The notes under the pieces are model-generated. The model saw nothing but the letters and a program-made list of their open reading frames with translations, was not told the DNA's origin and ran no database searches. A stretch of DNA of 64,000 nt from an uncultured delta proteobacterium (GTDB taxonomy: Bacteria > Desulfobacterota > Binatia > Binatales > Binataceae), in the NCBI GenBank assembly GCA_963842085.1, contig CAWJET010000002.1, positions 736,001-800,000 on the forward strand, given 5' to 3'. A program made the translations under genes and the position numbers. Shown here piece by piece: positions 61,990 to 64,000 of this stretch; within the stretch, counting starts at the first letter, position 1; each line of letters starts with the position of its first letter.

Positions 61990-62796
61990 TCAGACAAAAC
62001 TCTTCTTCTCTTCGAAAAAGAATGCTCTGTCAGCCGCGATGACGACGATCGAAATGACCAACAAGACACCAGTCACGATGCATTTGGTAAATTGTTCGGT
62101 CTGGAACGCCTCCGACGTTGCATCCAGTGCCATATGGAACAGGATCGCAAGCACGATGCTGCGATTGTTTTTGTAGTACAGCCAGTTGATGAGGATGGCT
62201 GCGGGGACGACGCTGACAAAGAAGTTGACGACGTAAATCGGGCTCATCTCCCACAAGCCGTGTTGATAGTTGTGATCGATGAAGAACAGCGGCACGTGCC
62301 ACATCGCCCATAGGAGAGCGAACAACAGCGTCGCGGGCAGCATGCCGAATTTCGCCCGGAGACTGTCCATTCCGTAGCCGCGCCATCCGAGCTCTTCGAA
62401 AGTGGGAGCTAGAAGGATGATCGGCAGCATCGCCGCCAATCCGCCCGAAAAGCGGAACTGATCGGCGGATCGGCCAACAACCACCGACAGCGCTGTCGAA
62501 AGAAACAACGCCAACGGCATCAGCAGCAGGGTGATCAGTAGGTAGCCCGGCTTGATCAGCCTGAGACTTACGAGTCTATCCTTGAAATCACGCTTCAGAT
62601 CCCGGCTTCCTGAACACCAGGTCATGATCAGCGCCGCGAAAAAGGGTCCTAGCAGGCCGAGCAGCGCGAAAAGATTGCTGAGGATGCTCATTCCAGGCCG
62701 GTAGCTGTAGTGCGCGGCGAATATCCACGGCGTCCAAGTCAGTAGGAACACCAGCGCAAAATAGCTAAGCGGTCTGTATCTGTAGGAATCGCTCAC
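61990..62796 (-). CDS. CPBP (CAAX/Abi) intramembrane metalloprotease
   Basis: EELGWRGY, WAMWHVPL, AILFH. Confidence 0.9.
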   Translation of the reverse strand: MSDSYRYRPLSYFALVFLLTWTPWIFAAHYSYRPGMSILSNLFALLGLLGPFFAALIMTWCSGSRDLKRDFKDRLVSLRLIKPGYLLITLLLMPLALFLSTALSVVVGRSADQFRFSGGLAAMLPIILLAPTFEELGWRGYGMDSLRAKFGMLPATLLFALLWAMWHVPLFFIDHNYQHGLWEMSPIYVVNFFVSVVPAAILINWLYYKNNRSIVLAILFHMALDATSEAFQTEQFTKCIVTGVLLVISIVVIAADRAFFFEEKKSFV

Positions 62797-62888
62797 GCGG
62801 TCCGCTCGATTCGATTACTCGCGCCCTCGGGAGTTGGAGCCAGACCTTTCGACGAGTCCGAGTCCTGAAGCTCGGGGCTGGGCTACTG

Positions 62889-62965
62889 TGGCGCGCCCGG
62901 AGGGATTCGAACCCCCAACCCTCAGATCCGAAGTCTGATGCTCTATCCAGTTGAGCTACGGGCGC
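62889..62965 (-). tRNA. tRNA-Arg, anticodon TCG
   Basis: GCGCCCG acceptor, TAGCTCAACTGGATAGAGC D arm, TCAGA-CTTCGGA-TCTGA anticodon arm, GGTTCGAATCC T arm, encoded CCA. Confidence 0.95.
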
Positions 62966-63387
62966 GCGCTAGGAAACATAAGGGGTTTTCGGCGTGGAAG
63001 CCAGAGGCCGGGTGGTCTGACACCCGAAGTTGACACCCGAACTGGGTCGAGCTCAGGGGGTGAGCATCAAACATTTTGGGGTGGTGACGCATTCGGATCG
63101 CGACGTGTCGCGAGTGGCGCACCAACCGGTCACAGTGGGCTGTGTATACGCGCGCGACCACCCGCGGGGGGCCATTAGAATAGGAAAAATCATCGTCACT
63201 CTCGTCACCATCGTCACTCGACCTTAAAATCAAGGAGTTACGGATGACGATCGCGGTGACGGTCGTTTCTTTGGCAATCGTCACCGAACCGAAAGTGACG
63301 GTCGCGCCACTCGCCAGAGGTCGCACGTCGCGAACATCTGCCGGCGCGCGCGCGCCCATACGCGGCGCATGGCGTTGCCCTATTACG
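62966..63387. mobile_element. End of an integrated element (att-like arm repeats plus iteron/IHF array)
   Basis: TGACACCCGAA x2 at 63018 and 63031; TCGTCAC-like repeats; AATCAAGGAGTTA IHF consensus at 63228-63240. Confidence 0.55.
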
Positions 63388-63475
63388 TGTTCCCCGTCAG
63401 CACAAGTTGGACAATTCGAGGCGATTGAGGAAGAGAGGGTTTTTGGCTCATCTTTAACCGCGGAAGGAGCGGTAG

Positions 63476-63850
63476 ATGAGATCGAAAATCGATGCGCAGT
63501 CGGATGGGGCGGAAAAGGCGGTACGCGACATAAGGCGGGCGACCCGCCGGCACTTCTCGGCTGAGGACAAGGTCCGGATCGTGATCGCCGGCCTGCGCGG
63601 CGAGGATAGCGTGGCCGAGTTGTGCCGCAAGGAAGGGATCAACCAGAACCTCTACTATCGCTGGTCCAAGGACTTCCTGGAGGCGGGCAAGAGGCGGCTG
63701 GCCGGCGATACCGCGCGTGAAGCGACCAGCGATGAAGTCAAGGAGCTGCGGGCGGAGAGCCATCAGCTCAAGGAACTGCTGGCCGAACTGATGATGGAGA
63801 ACCGCCTGCTCAAAAAAAGCGTGCTGGCGGATGGGGAGTCCGATATATGA
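63476..63850 (+). CDS. IS3 transposase OrfA
   Basis: RRHFSAEDKVRIV...VAELCRKEGI..NLYYRW HTH, leucine zipper ending ENRLLKKS. Confidence 0.9.
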   Translation: MRSKIDAQSDGAEKAVRDIRRATRRHFSAEDKVRIVIAGLRGEDSVAELCRKEGINQNLYYRWSKDFLEAGKRRLAGDTAREATSDEVKELRAESHQLKELLAELMMENRLLKKSVLADGESDI

Positions 63851-64000
63851 GGTACGCGGCCGCCGAGAAGCTGGAGATCATCCGGCTGGTCGAGCAGTCG
63901 TCGCTGCCGGTGCGGCGCACCCTGGAGCAGATCGGCATCCCACGGTCCACCTTCTATTGCTGGTACGATCGCTATCGAACTCGCGATGATGAAGGGCTGG
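63847..64000 (+). CDS. IS3 transposase OrfB (partial; -1 frame is open from the A7 run)
   Basis: MRYAAAEKLEIIRLVEQSSLPVRRTLEQIGIPRSTFYCWY; runs off window. Confidence 0.85.
   Translation, partial: MRYAAAEKLEIIRLVEQSSLPVRRTLEQIGIPRSTFYCWYDRYRTRDDEGL

Larger units (their letters stand above)
63388..64000 (+). mobile_element. IS3-family insertion sequence (left part)
   Basis: Starts TG (TGTTCCCCGTCAG...), orfA with HTH, A7 run at 63812-63818, orfB in the -1 frame. Confidence 0.88.

Noticed and set aside
62943-63359. 138-aa minus-strand ORF as a real gene
   Set aside because: It runs into the tRNA and is dominated by iteron-derived low complexity; at most the tail of a gene cut by the IS.

Overview
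GC-rich bacterial chromosomal segment with a deltaproteobacterial-type gene order (a Binatota-like soil lineage is my inference, not shown). Mostly housekeeping: mnmA-iscS, cysE-cimA-lysC, tsaE-nnr, pdxJ, tilS-ftsH-folP-cdaA-cdaR-glmM, cbpA-cbpM, a ccmEFH-X-ABCD cytochrome c maturation cluster, yacG-lpxA, glgB, uvrB, uvrA, an acyl-CoA dehydrogenase pair, TolC, comF-purM-purN, grxC, and tRNA-Arg(TCG). The right end is the edge of an integrated element interrupted by an IS3-family element. Most notable signals: (1) a junction at about 33652 where diverged copies of the last ~40 bp of uvrB and of the convergent MBL-hydrolase gene are fused back to back, so two alternative cargo genes are stacked in one intergenic slot; (2) a triplet of glycine-zipper/OmpA lipoproteins with 21-22-proline linkers, variable loops, a gene-conversion tract and conserved promoter architecture; (3) a parS site inside ccmH; (4) an iteron/IHF origin-like array and arm-type repeats on the 5' side of the tRNA; (5) two lesioned genes (in-frame TAG in a Gfo/Idh/MocA gene, homopolymer frameshift in pgeF). 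All calls come from reading the sequence; no searches were run.
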